A stretch of 64,000 nt of DNA from Polyangiales bacterium (GTDB lineage: Bacteria; Myxococcota_A; Polyangia; Polyangiales; Polyangiaceae): positions 96,001 through 160,000 of the forward strand of contig JBBRLQ010000008.1 in assembly GCA_038231275.1 (NCBI GenBank), in the 5' to 3' direction. Shown here in pieces: positions 10,186-20,747 of this stretch. Below the pieces are notes generated by a model. It had not been told where the DNA came from and searched no databases. It was given only the letters and a program-made list of their open reading frames with translations. Position 1 is the first letter of the stretch, and every line of letters begins with the position of its first letter. Made by a program: the position numbers and the translations under genes.

Positions 10186-11246
10186 GGAGCGCGCTCGTCC
10201 TCGCGCCGCTCGCGCTCTACTCGGCGGCGTGCGCGCTCGAGCCGGGCTCGATCCCGCCGCAGTCTCCGGCGACGGAGTGGGAAGAGCGCCCGCAGGCGCC
10301 GCCCGAGCCGGTCGTCTTTCAGCCGTCCCCGCGCGCCGACACGATCGCGCGATGGCAGCTCCCCTCGGACAACGCGTGGGCGCGCTTCGCGAAGCTCACG
10401 CTCGTCATGGCGATGGGCGTCGCGCCTCGGACCGAAGCGCTCGTCGCGGCGCCGCGCTCGCTCGAGGTCACGAAGGCCGAAGCGGCAGCGCGCTCGCTCG
10501 CGCAGACGACAATGGCGCCCGACGCGATGTGGATCGTAGATCTGCACGGCGCGGCGTCGGTGGCGTTCGGCGCGACACTCAGCCAGCACGCGCTTGTTCC
10601 GATCGCGAACGTCCTCACGTTCAACAACTGGCCCGCCGAAAACGAGCTTGTCCCCGCCGAGGAGACGCTCGCCGCCCTGGTGCACACGAGCCCAAAGCTC
10701 CCTCCTCGCGGCGCATCGGCGGCGCGACCGGTGTTCCTCCTCGACGCGTGGCGGCTCGCCTACAAGGGCACCGAGCCCGACGACGACACCACCGACAACC
10801 GCTACTACCTCACGCCATCCGATCTCCCGGACTCCGGGCACCTCCGCGCCGCAGGGCTGCGCAGTGTGTATTACGTCGTCGCGAGCCTGCGCGAGCATCC
10901 ACAAGAGGAGGACGATCTCCACGCGATCTTCCTCGACTACCAGCAGGCCGGCATCACGCTCCACATCGTCGACCTCGACGGCCTCACGCGCCCGGTCGTC
11001 TTCCGCGAGCCAGCGCCGGAGCCGGAGGCCATCGTGCCGTACGATGAGCCGCGCCTCCTCTGGGTCGAAACACGCCCCACTGTGCTCGATGACCCCTATT
11101 TTTACGGCCGATCGCAGGGCGGCTTCGGCGGCCTCCACGGCGGCGGGCATTCGATCAACGTCGGAGGCGGGCACCCCATCACGGGCGGCGGCGGGCACCA
11201 CGGCGGCGGGAGCTTCGGCGTCGGGTGGGGCGGCGGCGGCGGGTGA
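10182..11246 (+). CDS. Putative lipoprotein with C-terminal GRSQGGFGG/His-Gly-rich tail
   Basis: GTG overlaps the ligase stop (GTGA). YSAAC lipobox-like motif, globular middle domain, ends GGFGGLHGGGHS...GGGSFGVGWGGGGG. Confidence 0.75.
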   Translation: MRSALVLAPLALYSAACALEPGSIPPQSPATEWEERPQAPPEPVVFQPSPRADTIARWQLPSDNAWARFAKLTLVMAMGVAPRTEALVAAPRSLEVTKAEAAARSLAQTTMAPDAMWIVDLHGAASVAFGATLSQHALVPIANVLTFNNWPAENELVPAEETLAALVHTSPKLPPRGASAARPVFLLDAWRLAYKGTEPDDDTTDNRYYLTPSDLPDSGHLRAAGLRSVYYVVASLREHPQEEDDLHAIFLDYQQAGITLHIVDLDGLTRPVVFREPAPEPEAIVPYDEPRLLWVETRPTVLDDPYFYGRSQGGFGGLHGGGHSINVGGGHPITGGGGHHGGGSFGVGWGGGGG

Positions 11247-11262
11247 TGTCGCGTCGGCGTCG

Positions 11263-11997
11263 TCAGAACCACGCCTGCCACACGCCGTCCTCGTGGAGGA
11301 CGTGGACGGTGGCCGAGACGCGGTCGACGTCGCCGGGGAAGCTCAGGATCTGATGGAGACGGTACGCGTCGAACGCGACGAGCTCGCCCGGCGTGTAAAG
11401 CACCGTCGTCGACGCCGCGTGCGGGCCAGGGTGCTCCGGAAAATCCTCACCGTCGTAGAAGCGATCCCACACGCGTAGGCCACCGCCGTGCGGCGGCATC
11501 TGGAGCATGAGGACGCACGACAGCGACGGAAGTCGCGCCTCGAGCTGCGCGTCGCTCATTCCCTCCGTGTCGAAGTGCACCTCGCCCCCGCGACGCGCCA
11601 CCTGCGACCCGGCCGGGAAAATATGCACCCCTGGGCCGCACCATCCGGGGCGCCGAGTCACGGCGGCGCCGAGGTGGTCGCTCACGACGCGGAGCACGGT
11701 TTCCTGAAGGCCGGGGACCGCTTCCTCGACGATCGCGTCGGATTCGGCGGCGCCGTCGAAGTACTCGTCCTCGCGATCCTCCTCGAAGTGCGTGTACCAG
11801 GCGCGGCCCAGCGTGTACTGAACCCCGGCAAAATTGGCCGTCCAGCGCGCCCGCGCCGCGTAGACGCCTCGCGTGATTCGCGCGCACGTCGCGGCGTCCA
11901 TGACCCCCGCGAATCGCGCTGCTCGCTCCGCGGCGCACCGGCTCGTGAGCGACGGCGGGAAGAAAGCGGGGGCGCCGAACGTGGACGCGAGGTGCAT
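11263..11997 (-). CDS. 2OG-Fe(II) oxygenase
   Basis: VHFD ... GGGLRVW ... GELVAFD ... LHQI ... RVS. The start may instead be the internal ATG (MDAATC). Confidence 0.75.
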   Translation of the reverse strand: MHLASTFGAPAFFPPSLTSRCAAERAARFAGVMDAATCARITRGVYAARARWTANFAGVQYTLGRAWYTHFEEDREDEYFDGAAESDAIVEEAVPGLQETVLRVVSDHLGAAVTRRPGWCGPGVHIFPAGSQVARRGGEVHFDTEGMSDAQLEARLPSLSCVLMLQMPPHGGGLRVWDRFYDGEDFPEHPGPHAASTTVLYTPGELVAFDAYRLHQILSFPGDVDRVSATVHVLHEDGVWQAWF

Positions 11998-12069
11998 CGT
12001 TCCGTCTCAGAGCAAACTCGAGGCCACGAACGGCCCGTCGGGGTACGATGTCGGGAGAAGGCGCCGACG

Positions 12070-13029
12070 ATGGACCTCGAGCGAATGCTCCGGATGTGCC
12101 GCGAGGGGCAGTGGAAGACGAGCGATCTGGACTGGTCGCACCCTCCGCGCGCCATGCCCGAGGACGACGAGATCGCGATCGTCCAGCTCTTCACCGACAT
12201 GGCCGGCATCGAGCGCCTCGCCGGCGCGCTCTTCGTGGAGCAGCACAGGCGCGCCACCGATCCCACCTTGCGCGAGATCTTCGCCACGTTCATCAAGGAC
12301 GAGGTGCGGCACGCGCAGACCGCGCAGCTCCTCGCCGACCACTACGACGTGCACCACTACAAGGTGTACCGAACGAGCGAGACGCTGGAGCGGGTCTTCC
12401 CCGCGTTCGTCGACGCGATCCGTTACCTCGCCGACGACGTCGCCAACGCGTACATCACGGCGGGCGAGCTGATCCTCGACGTCGCCCTCCTCCGCTCGGT
12501 CGACGACTACGTTCATGATCCGATGAGCGCGCAGGCGATGGCGCTCATCAACCGCGACGAGTCGCGGCACATCGCGATCGACTACTACATGGTCGAGCAC
12601 TACGCGTCGGACGAGTACAAAGCGCGGCGGCGTACCGTGCGGCGTCCGATGCGCGACGAGGCGCGCGCCTGGAGCGCCTTCGCGCGGCTCGTCTGGCTCG
12701 CGCGGCCGTTCTTCCGCGACGTCTTCTTCTTTCCGATGGAGCGCATCGACCCGTCCGGCAACCGGCTGCGCGAGGCGTTCAAGCGAATCCAGCTCCTCAC
12801 CGCCAAGCCCAAGGTCCAGGAGCTGCCGTTCGTGCGCTTCATGCAGACGATCCAGGATCTTCACAACAGCCGGTTCGCGGGGCCGCGGACGCGCTCGATA
12901 CTCGCCCGGATCTCTGGCGCCGAGCCGCGCTTTCTGGAGCAGCTCGCCACCGACGAAGAGATCGCGCGGGCGTGCGCCATGTCGTTCGACGCGCTCGCCG
13001 AGGAGGCGCTCGCGGCCAAGCGCGCCTGA
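12070..13029 (+). CDS. Ferritin-like di-iron protein (AurF/acyl-ACP desaturase-like superfamily)
   Basis: ATG 12070 with GGAG. QW..SDLDW, E...DEVRH and E...DESRH paired ExxH motifs. Confidence 0.8.
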   Translation: MDLERMLRMCREGQWKTSDLDWSHPPRAMPEDDEIAIVQLFTDMAGIERLAGALFVEQHRRATDPTLREIFATFIKDEVRHAQTAQLLADHYDVHHYKVYRTSETLERVFPAFVDAIRYLADDVANAYITAGELILDVALLRSVDDYVHDPMSAQAMALINRDESRHIAIDYYMVEHYASDEYKARRRTVRRPMRDEARAWSAFARLVWLARPFFRDVFFFPMERIDPSGNRLREAFKRIQLLTAKPKVQELPFVRFMQTIQDLHNSRFAGPRTRSILARISGAEPRFLEQLATDEEIARACAMSFDALAEEALAAKRA

Positions 13030-13037
13030 CGCGCGCG

Positions 13038-13046
13038 TGATACGTT
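13038..13046 (+). promoter_or_regulatory. Extended -10 element (TGaTACGTT), probable leaderless promoter
   Basis: 7 nt upstream of ATG 13054, no Shine-Dalgarno. Confidence 0.45.
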
Positions 13047-13053
13047 CTTGACG

Positions 13054-14417
<1,364 letters not shown>

Positions 14418-14421
<4 letters not shown>

Positions 14422-15755
14422 TGCGTGCGCGCGTCGTCGCCATCGCCTTCGGGTGCGCCGTCCTCGCCACGCTGGCGACCGCCGCGTGCCGGCTGACGAG
14501 CGGCCTGACCGGCGGCGAGGAGCCCGACGCCGGCGGCGGGACCGAGGCGGGCTGCGGCGCCGATCTCGCGCGCGCGATCGACAACTGCGGCGCCTGCGGG
14601 CACGCGTGCGCCGCCGGGCCCAACGCGTTCGCGGCGTGCGTCGATGGCGGCTGTGTCTTCTCGTGCGCCGGCGGGTTCGGCGACTGCGACGACGCCGGCG
14701 CGGCGACCGGTTGCGAGACGAACCTGCAGACGACGCGGAGCGGCTGCGGCAAATGCGGCCACGACTGCCAGGGCGGCAACTGCCAGGGCGGCAACTGTCA
14801 GCCCATCGTCCTCACGTCGGTCATCAACGCGCCGGTCCACATCGTGCTCGACGACTCCAACGTCTACGGCATCAACGCGTACGGAACGGTGACGCGCATC
14901 AGCAAGGGCGGCGGCACGCTGAGCCTCCTCGCGTCTGGAGACACGACGGCGCAGTCTCCGGCGCCGCGCATCACGCTCGGGAGCGGGGCCGTCTACTACA
15001 CGTCGTTCGGCGCGGCCGACGCCGGTGACGCCGCGGCTCCAGGCTCGATCTCGATGGTCCCCCTCGACGGCGGCAAGCCGCAGACGTTGACCTCGGCGAC
15101 GCAGCCCTACGCGATCGACGCCACGCAGAACTCCATCTACTGGTCCGAGGGCAACCCCGCGAATTCGCCGTACACGACGTCGATCAAGCGCTGCAAGCTC
15201 CCGGGCTGCAGCCCAATCAACACCGAGGTCGCGACGCAGCCCGGCCGCATCTTCTCGCTCGTCGCCGACGCCGCGAACCTCGTGTGGGCAAACGCCGGCA
15301 CACCGCCCAACACTCCCGAGAGCGCCGTGACGCGCTGCACGCCCGGAAGCTGCTCGGGCTCCTTCTTCCCGCTCGCGAGCACGCCGCCGTCGCCGTCCAG
15401 CCCCTTCGCGCTCGCGGTCGACAAGACCACCGTCTACTTCACCACCGCGTCGGGGTTCGTCGCGTCGTGCCCGTTCGCGGGGTGCAGCGGAGACGCCGCG
15501 CGCCTGGACTCGTTCCAGTTCACCCCCCGCTACATCGCGACCGACGGCAACACCGTCTATTGGACGAACGGCGATGGCACGATCAAGAGCGTCCCGCGCG
15601 GTGGCCCCCCGTCCTCCGAGCGCACCGTCTACCAGTCTCGGGGAGCCTCGCCGTGGGACATCGCGCTCGACCCAAACGCCATTTATTGGACCGACGTGAA
15701 CGGCGTCCAGGGCGGCCCCCCCGGAGCCTCCGCGCTGCTCAAGCTCGCCCGATGA
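14418..15755 (+). CDS. Lipoprotein with Cys-rich (NCGACGxxC) repeats and YWTD-like beta-propeller (cassette copy 1)
   Basis: Overlaps the EBP stop. ATAAC lipobox, DNCGACGHAC and GCGKCGHDC, repeated A-x-D-x-x-x-(I/V)YW(T/S) blades. Confidence 0.85.
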
Positions 15756-15802
15756 CGCTGCTCGGCGTTTGAGAATCGCGCCCGCTGAACTACGCTTTGC
15801 CG

Positions 15803-17218
15803 GTGGCCGCCCCCACGATCCTCGGACGTTACGAGCTCCACGCGTCGATCGCGACGGGCGGAATGGCGAGCATCCATCTGGGGCGCGTGCGCGGCGCGGC
15901 GGGCTTCGAGCGTACGGTCGCCATCAAGCGGCTGCACCCGCAGTTCGCCAGTGACCCGCATTTCGTCGCGATGTTCATGGACGAGGCGCGCCTCGTCGCG
16001 CGCATTCGTCACCCCAACGTGGTGCCGATCCTCGACGTCGTGGCGGAGCAGAACGAGCTCTTTCTCGTCATGGAGTACGTGCACGGCGAGTCGCTCGCCG
16101 GCCTCGTGTTACCCCGCGGAGGTCTCGAAGGAGACCCGGTGCCGCCGGGGATCGCGGCGGCGATCTTCGTCGACGTGCTGCATGGCCTCCACGCCGCGCA
16201 CGAGGCGACGACGTCGGCAGGCGAGCGCCTTGGAATCGTGCACCGCGACGTGACCCCGCACAACGTGCTGGTGGGCGTCGACGGCGCGTCGCGCATTGCC
16301 GACTTCGGCATCGCGATGGCGACCGAGCGTGCGCAGAAGACCGCCGCGGGACAGGTGAAGGGCAAGCTGTCGTACATCGCGCCCGAGCAGCTGCAGGGGA
16401 CCGCGGTCGAGCGAACGACGGACGTGTACGCGGCGGCGGTGTCGCTCTGGGAGGCGCTCGCGGGATCGGTGCTCTTCTCGGGCGAGCACGAGGGGCGCAT
16501 CGTGGAGCGCGTCCTCGTCGGCGCGACGCGGGCGCCGAGCGCGCTCGCGCGAGGGATTCCGCACGCGCTCGACGAGGTCGTGATGCGCGGCCTTGAGATG
16601 CGACCGGCCAAGCGGTTCCAGACCGCGCGCGACATGGCGCTCGCGCTCGAGAAGAGCATCGCGCTTCCGCCGGCTTCGGAGGTTGGCCAGTGGGTCGCGA
16701 CGCGCGCGCAGGAGAAGCTCGCGAAGCGCGCCGCGGCGATCGAAGCGCTCGATCGCGCGCCCGATCTCGCGCCGATGCCGACGCCGGCCGGCATGTCGAC
16801 GCCTCCCGCGTCGGCGCTGGGCCCCGGCTCATGGCCACGCGGCGGGCATCAAGGACCGAGCCCGACGTCGACGCCGCCTCCGTTCGTGCCGCCGCCGATC
16901 GCGCCGTCGCCGGGGCGCGCGTGGGTCGCCGTGCTCGCGCTCCTCGTCGTGGCGTCGCTCGTCGGAGGTGGCGGCGTGTGGGCCCGCGCGCGTCGTGCGA
17001 GCGCGACGCCGCCGTTCCAGGATACCGCGCCCTCCTCCTCATGGGGCGACCTGGAGCCACCACCCGACACCTCCGCCGCGCCGCCGCCCACCGCCGCAAT
17101 TACGACGCCGAATCGACAGCCACGGCCCCCGCGCCCCGGCAAGGGGAGCGACGCTTGCAAGCCGCCCTACACGCGCGACAGCGAAGGTCGTAAGATCTAC
17201 AAACGCGAGTGTCTCTGA
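15803..17218 (+). CDS. Membrane Ser/Thr (Hanks-type) protein kinase with C-terminal CKPPY...CL motif (cassette copy 1)
   Basis: GGMA, VAIKRL, HRDVTPHN, DFG, YIAPE, TM helix, Pro-rich stalk. Start GTG 15803 or TTG 15797. Confidence 0.93.
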   Translation: MAAPTILGRYELHASIATGGMASIHLGRVRGAAGFERTVAIKRLHPQFASDPHFVAMFMDEARLVARIRHPNVVPILDVVAEQNELFLVMEYVHGESLAGLVLPRGGLEGDPVPPGIAAAIFVDVLHGLHAAHEATTSAGERLGIVHRDVTPHNVLVGVDGASRIADFGIAMATERAQKTAAGQVKGKLSYIAPEQLQGTAVERTTDVYAAAVSLWEALAGSVLFSGEHEGRIVERVLVGATRAPSALARGIPHALDEVVMRGLEMRPAKRFQTARDMALALEKSIALPPASEVGQWVATRAQEKLAKRAAAIEALDRAPDLAPMPTPAGMSTPPASALGPGSWPRGGHQGPSPTSTPPPFVPPPIAPSPGRAWVAVLALLVVASLVGGGGVWARARRASATPPFQDTAPSSSWGDLEPPPDTSAAPPPTAAITTPNRQPRPPRPGKGSDACKPPYTRDSEGRKIYKRECL

Positions 17219-17235
17219 GGCACCGCGCCTCTTCA

Positions 17236-18120
17236 ATGCGCTCGAACGCCATCGTCCGGCTCGCCTCCCTCGCGCCCTTGCTCGCGATCGCGGCCTCCCT
17301 TGCGCTCGCGCCGCGTGCTGCGCGCGCGAGCGACAAGACGGAGTGCGCCGCGGCATCCGAAGATGCCCAACGCCTGCAGAAGCTCGGCAAGCTCGTCGAG
17401 GCGCAAAAGCAGCTGCTCATCTGCACGCGCAGCGTGTGTCCGGCGGTGGTTCGGCAGGACTGCGAAGCGTGGCTCCCGTCGCTCGAGGCGATGATCCCGT
17501 CCCTGGTCGTCGCGGCGCGCGACGAGGACGGCCACGATCTCGTCGACCTCAAGGTGACCCTCGACGGCGCGGTCGTCGACATCGCGTCCGGGCGCGCGGT
17601 GCCTCTCGATCCCGGCAAGCACACGCTGCACGTCGAGAGCCCCGGAAAAATCCCGGCCGATCAAGCCGTCGTCGTGCACGAGGGTGAGCGCGCGCGGCCG
17701 GTCACCATCACGCTCCTCGCGAAGGATCGGCCGGTGAAGCCCCCCCCGCCGCCGCCGGTGCCGCAGCAAGTCGTCGTCTACCAACAGGCGCCTGCGCCTC
17801 CGCAAACATCGCCGTTCGTGTGGGTGCTCGGAACGCTCGCCACGGTGTCGCTCGCGAGCTTCGTGGTCTTCGAGATCAAAGGGTCCACCGACGCGTCGCA
17901 CCTCAAGTCGACGTGCGCGCCACGGTGCCCGCAGTCGGAGGTGGACTCGGTGAGCACGCAGGGCGTCGTCGCGAACGTGTCGCTCGCCCTCGCAGGCGCG
18001 TTTGCAGGCGGCGCGCTCGCGGTGTGGATCCTGACGCGACCTTCGCCGTCCGCGCCGTCGAAGCCGACGGTCGGGCTCGTGGCAGGGCCGGGCGCGCTCG
18101 GCCTCCACGGGCGATTCTGA
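17236..18120 (+). CDS. Secreted TPR-like/PEGA-like protein with hydrophobic hairpin and C-terminal GRF (cassette copy 1)
   Basis: Signal peptide (AARA), C..ASE..Q.L..GKL..A...L..C....CP...RQDC helical domain, PEGA-like VTLDG...LDPGKHT, CAPRC loop, ends LGLHGRF. Confidence 0.8.
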   Translation: MRSNAIVRLASLAPLLAIAASLALAPRAARASDKTECAAASEDAQRLQKLGKLVEAQKQLLICTRSVCPAVVRQDCEAWLPSLEAMIPSLVVAARDEDGHDLVDLKVTLDGAVVDIASGRAVPLDPGKHTLHVESPGKIPADQAVVVHEGERARPVTITLLAKDRPVKPPPPPPVPQQVVVYQQAPAPPQTSPFVWVLGTLATVSLASFVVFEIKGSTDASHLKSTCAPRCPQSEVDSVSTQGVVANVSLALAGAFAGGALAVWILTRPSPSAPSKPTVGLVAGPGALGLHGRF

Positions 18121-18128
18121 GGCGCCAC

Positions 18129-18938
18129 ATGCCGCGCCGCGCGCTCGTGATCGCGTGCGCGTCTGCGACCGTCCTCGTCGCATCGCGCACCGACGCCAAA
18201 AACCCGACGCCCGTCGACGGCCTCGGTGACGACGTGGTCGAGGCGTTCACGGGCGTCAACGTCTTCTATTACGCCGGGGCGGTGCTCACGACCGGCGCGA
18301 TGGCGCAGTCGGGCGTCGATCATTCGGTGCGCGTCGCGGTGCAGGGCCACCTCGCCGCTCCTGCCTACGGTGACGCGGCGTTCTACACCGGCTACCTCTT
18401 TCCCGCGATCGCGGCGCCATCGCTGTACCTCGTGAGCCTCGCGGTCGGAGACGAGCGATGGATCGGCGCGGGAAGCGCGGCGATCCAAGCCCTCGCGCTC
18501 ACGCTGGCGACGACAGGCCTCCTCAAGTGGTCCACAGGCCGCGCGTACCCGCTCAACGGCGGAGATCCGGCGGCGCCCGATCGGCTCGATCACCCTTCGT
18601 TCGCGCGCACGTTCACGCCCTTCCAAGGGGGCCTCCTCGCGTGGCCGTCCGGGCATACGTCGGCGACCGTCGGGCTCGTGGCAGCGCTGACGGCGTACGC
18701 GCCCGAGCACTTCGAGATTCCGCTCGTCGGCTACCCGCTCGCCGCGGCGATCGGCTTCGGAATGGTCGTCGGCGATCGCCACTGGGCGAGCGACGTCCTC
18801 GCCGGCGCGCTCATTGGTCAGGCGATCGGCGGCTCCGTCGGCGCGAGCTTCCGTGCGCGCGCGAACGGCGACCGGACGCCGCGCGTGCAGGTAGGTCCGC
18901 TCGGTCCGTCCACGCTCGGTGTCAGCGGCGTCTTCTGA
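18129..18938 (+). CDS. PAP2-family phosphatase
   Basis: K..TGRAYP, WPSGHT and HWASDV motifs. ATG 18129 is 8 bp after the previous stop. Confidence 0.85.
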   Translation: MPRRALVIACASATVLVASRTDAKNPTPVDGLGDDVVEAFTGVNVFYYAGAVLTTGAMAQSGVDHSVRVAVQGHLAAPAYGDAAFYTGYLFPAIAAPSLYLVSLAVGDERWIGAGSAAIQALALTLATTGLLKWSTGRAYPLNGGDPAAPDRLDHPSFARTFTPFQGGLLAWPSGHTSATVGLVAALTAYAPEHFEIPLVGYPLAAAIGFGMVVGDRHWASDVLAGALIGQAIGGSVGASFRARANGDRTPRVQVGPLGPSTLGVSGVF

Positions 18939-18957
18939 CGCGACCCCTTTCGGAGCC

Positions 18958-20169
18958 TCAGGGCTTGCTCCACGCCTCGAGGGCGGCGTGCTGCGCGTCG
19001 GTGAGCTTGAGGCCCGAGCTGGGCGGCGGCATCGCGGAGCTCGTGCCGGCCTGCTGGACGACGCGGGCGTAGACCTTCGCCTTCCTCGCGCTCCAGCCGG
19101 CGTACGTCGAGAGATCGGTCCCCGACGAGTCCTTCCCGGTGCCCGGCGCGCTGTGGCAATTGCTGCATACTGCATTGAAGACCGGCTGCACCGTCGCGGC
19201 CCAGTTGGCCTCGTCACCGCCGGCGCCTGTCTGCGCGGCGAACCGCTGGAGCTGTCCGCCGCTCTCGGCCCACACGTCGCCGCTCGGCGAGCCGGCGAGG
19301 CGCGCGTCCGTGGCGAGCGTGCCTCCGCTCCCGACCGCGACCTGTCCGCCCGCGTAGAGACCGAGATCGGCGTCGAGCGCGAACCACACGTTGGCGCCAG
19401 CGGCGGCGAGATCGTGGATCGTGCGCGCGCCGGCGTCGTAGAGCATCGTCACCGCGCCATTTTCCACCTTGTAGACCGCGTGATGGGTCGCCGCGAAGAG
19501 CGCCCCGCCGGCGTCGTACGCGACGAACGCGGCGTCGGCGAGGCCGAGATCGGTCTCCTTGTCGTGGTCGAAGAGGCGCAGGCCGCCGTCGACGGCGAGC
19601 GCCACGAAGCCGCCGTTGCTCGCCACCGAGTGGAGCCCCGCCGCTTGGTAGCGCGTGACGTTCTTTCCGTCGCTCACCGCGAAGCCGGCGTCGAAGAGGA
19701 ACGCGACGCGCCCCGCGTCCCCGACGACCGCTTGCACTTTGTCGGTCGCGACGCCGTACCGTTCGCCGACGTCCTCCGGCGGCCCGTCGGTGTGGACGCG
19801 CAGCACCTTGCCGTCGCCGGTGACGCCCACGATCCACGTCGTCAGCCCATCGGCCGACGGGATCGACGCCGCGGACTTCCAGGCCGTGACGCTGCCGTCC
19901 GACGCGACGAGCGATCCGCCGGTGAACACGAACAGACCCGCGGAGCCGAAGACGGCCACGCTCTTGTCTTGCTCGACGACCGCCTCCACCTTCCCGACGT
20001 CGGTGCCCGCGCTGTTCCAGACGACTGGCGCGACCGAGAGCGCGCCAGCGGGGGTCCCACCCGTGGCGGGGGCGTCGGTGTGCTTCGAGCTGCACCCTGC
20101 CAACTGAAGCGCGACGGCCAGGGCCGCGCCGAAGGTGACCGTCGTCGAGATCGTGTGTGCGCTTCGCAA
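18958..20169 (-). CDS. Lipoprotein with beta-repeat region and C-terminal mono-haem cytochrome c domain
   Basis: TTG 20169 after GGAGG. LAGC lipobox, CSNCH haem motif, downstream MPP (axial Met candidate). Confidence 0.8.
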   Translation of the reverse strand: MRSAHTISTTVTFGAALAVALQLAGCSSKHTDAPATGGTPAGALSVAPVVWNSAGTDVGKVEAVVEQDKSVAVFGSAGLFVFTGGSLVASDGSVTAWKSAASIPSADGLTTWIVGVTGDGKVLRVHTDGPPEDVGERYGVATDKVQAVVGDAGRVAFLFDAGFAVSDGKNVTRYQAAGLHSVASNGGFVALAVDGGLRLFDHDKETDLGLADAAFVAYDAGGALFAATHHAVYKVENGAVTMLYDAGARTIHDLAAAGANVWFALDADLGLYAGGQVAVGSGGTLATDARLAGSPSGDVWAESGGQLQRFAAQTGAGGDEANWAATVQPVFNAVCSNCHSAPGTGKDSSGTDLSTYAGWSARKAKVYARVVQQAGTSSAMPPPSSGLKLTDAQHAALEAWSKP

Positions 20170-20319
20170 GGTGTCCTCCGCGGTGTGCAAACTCTCTACG
20201 CACGGACCGGGCCAGGCCACGCTGCGGGGATTTCTACCCGAATTGCCCTGAAAATTTCCGTTCCAAACGGGACCTGGGTGAACGTCCTCCAGAGCCCCGT
20301 GGACCGCCGCAGTGGCGAG

Positions 20320-20345
20320 GGTTCGATCACACATGTGATCGAACC
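20320..20345. promoter_or_regulatory. Perfect 12-bp inverted repeat, probable operator between divergent genes
   Basis: GGTTCGATCACA-CA-TGTGATCGAACC in a lower-GC intergenic region. Confidence 0.6.
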
Positions 20346-20401
20346 GATCACGCCAACCTCGAGACGGGCAATCGGAAAAAAAGAGCGGTAGACTGGCGGG
20401 G

Positions 20402-20737
20402 ATGGGTGACAAGCGAGACCTCGTCGCCGAGATGGTCGAAGCTGAGCTCCTCGCGGAGCAGGAGCTCGCCAACCAGCGCCCAACGTCCCCGCCGAAGGAG
20501 ACCTTCGCACGGGTCGCGATCGCCGAGGAGGCGTCGCTCCCCGATCCGACGAAGGCAAAGAAGGAGCGGCCGCGCCGCATCGTCGAGCAGGTCGCGGCGA
20601 AGAACGACCCGCGCCGTGAGGAGAGCGAGCCGCCGTCCGCCCCCCACTCGGCTCCGCCCTCCTCTTCTTCCTCGGATCCGCATCGCGCGGTGACGAAGCC
20701 TCCGCCCCCCGGGTACGGGGGCGGCCAAACCGAGTAA
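20402..20737 (+). CDS. Hypothetical small charged, disordered protein
   Basis: 111-aa ORF with coding-like codon usage, directly upstream of the next gene. Confidence 0.6.
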   Translation: MGDKRDLVAEMVEAELLAEQELANQRPTSPPKETFARVAIAEEASLPDPTKAKKERPRRIVEQVAAKNDPRREESEPPSAPHSAPPSSSSSDPHRAVTKPPPPGYGGGQTE

Positions 20738-20747
20738 CCTTCGGCGC

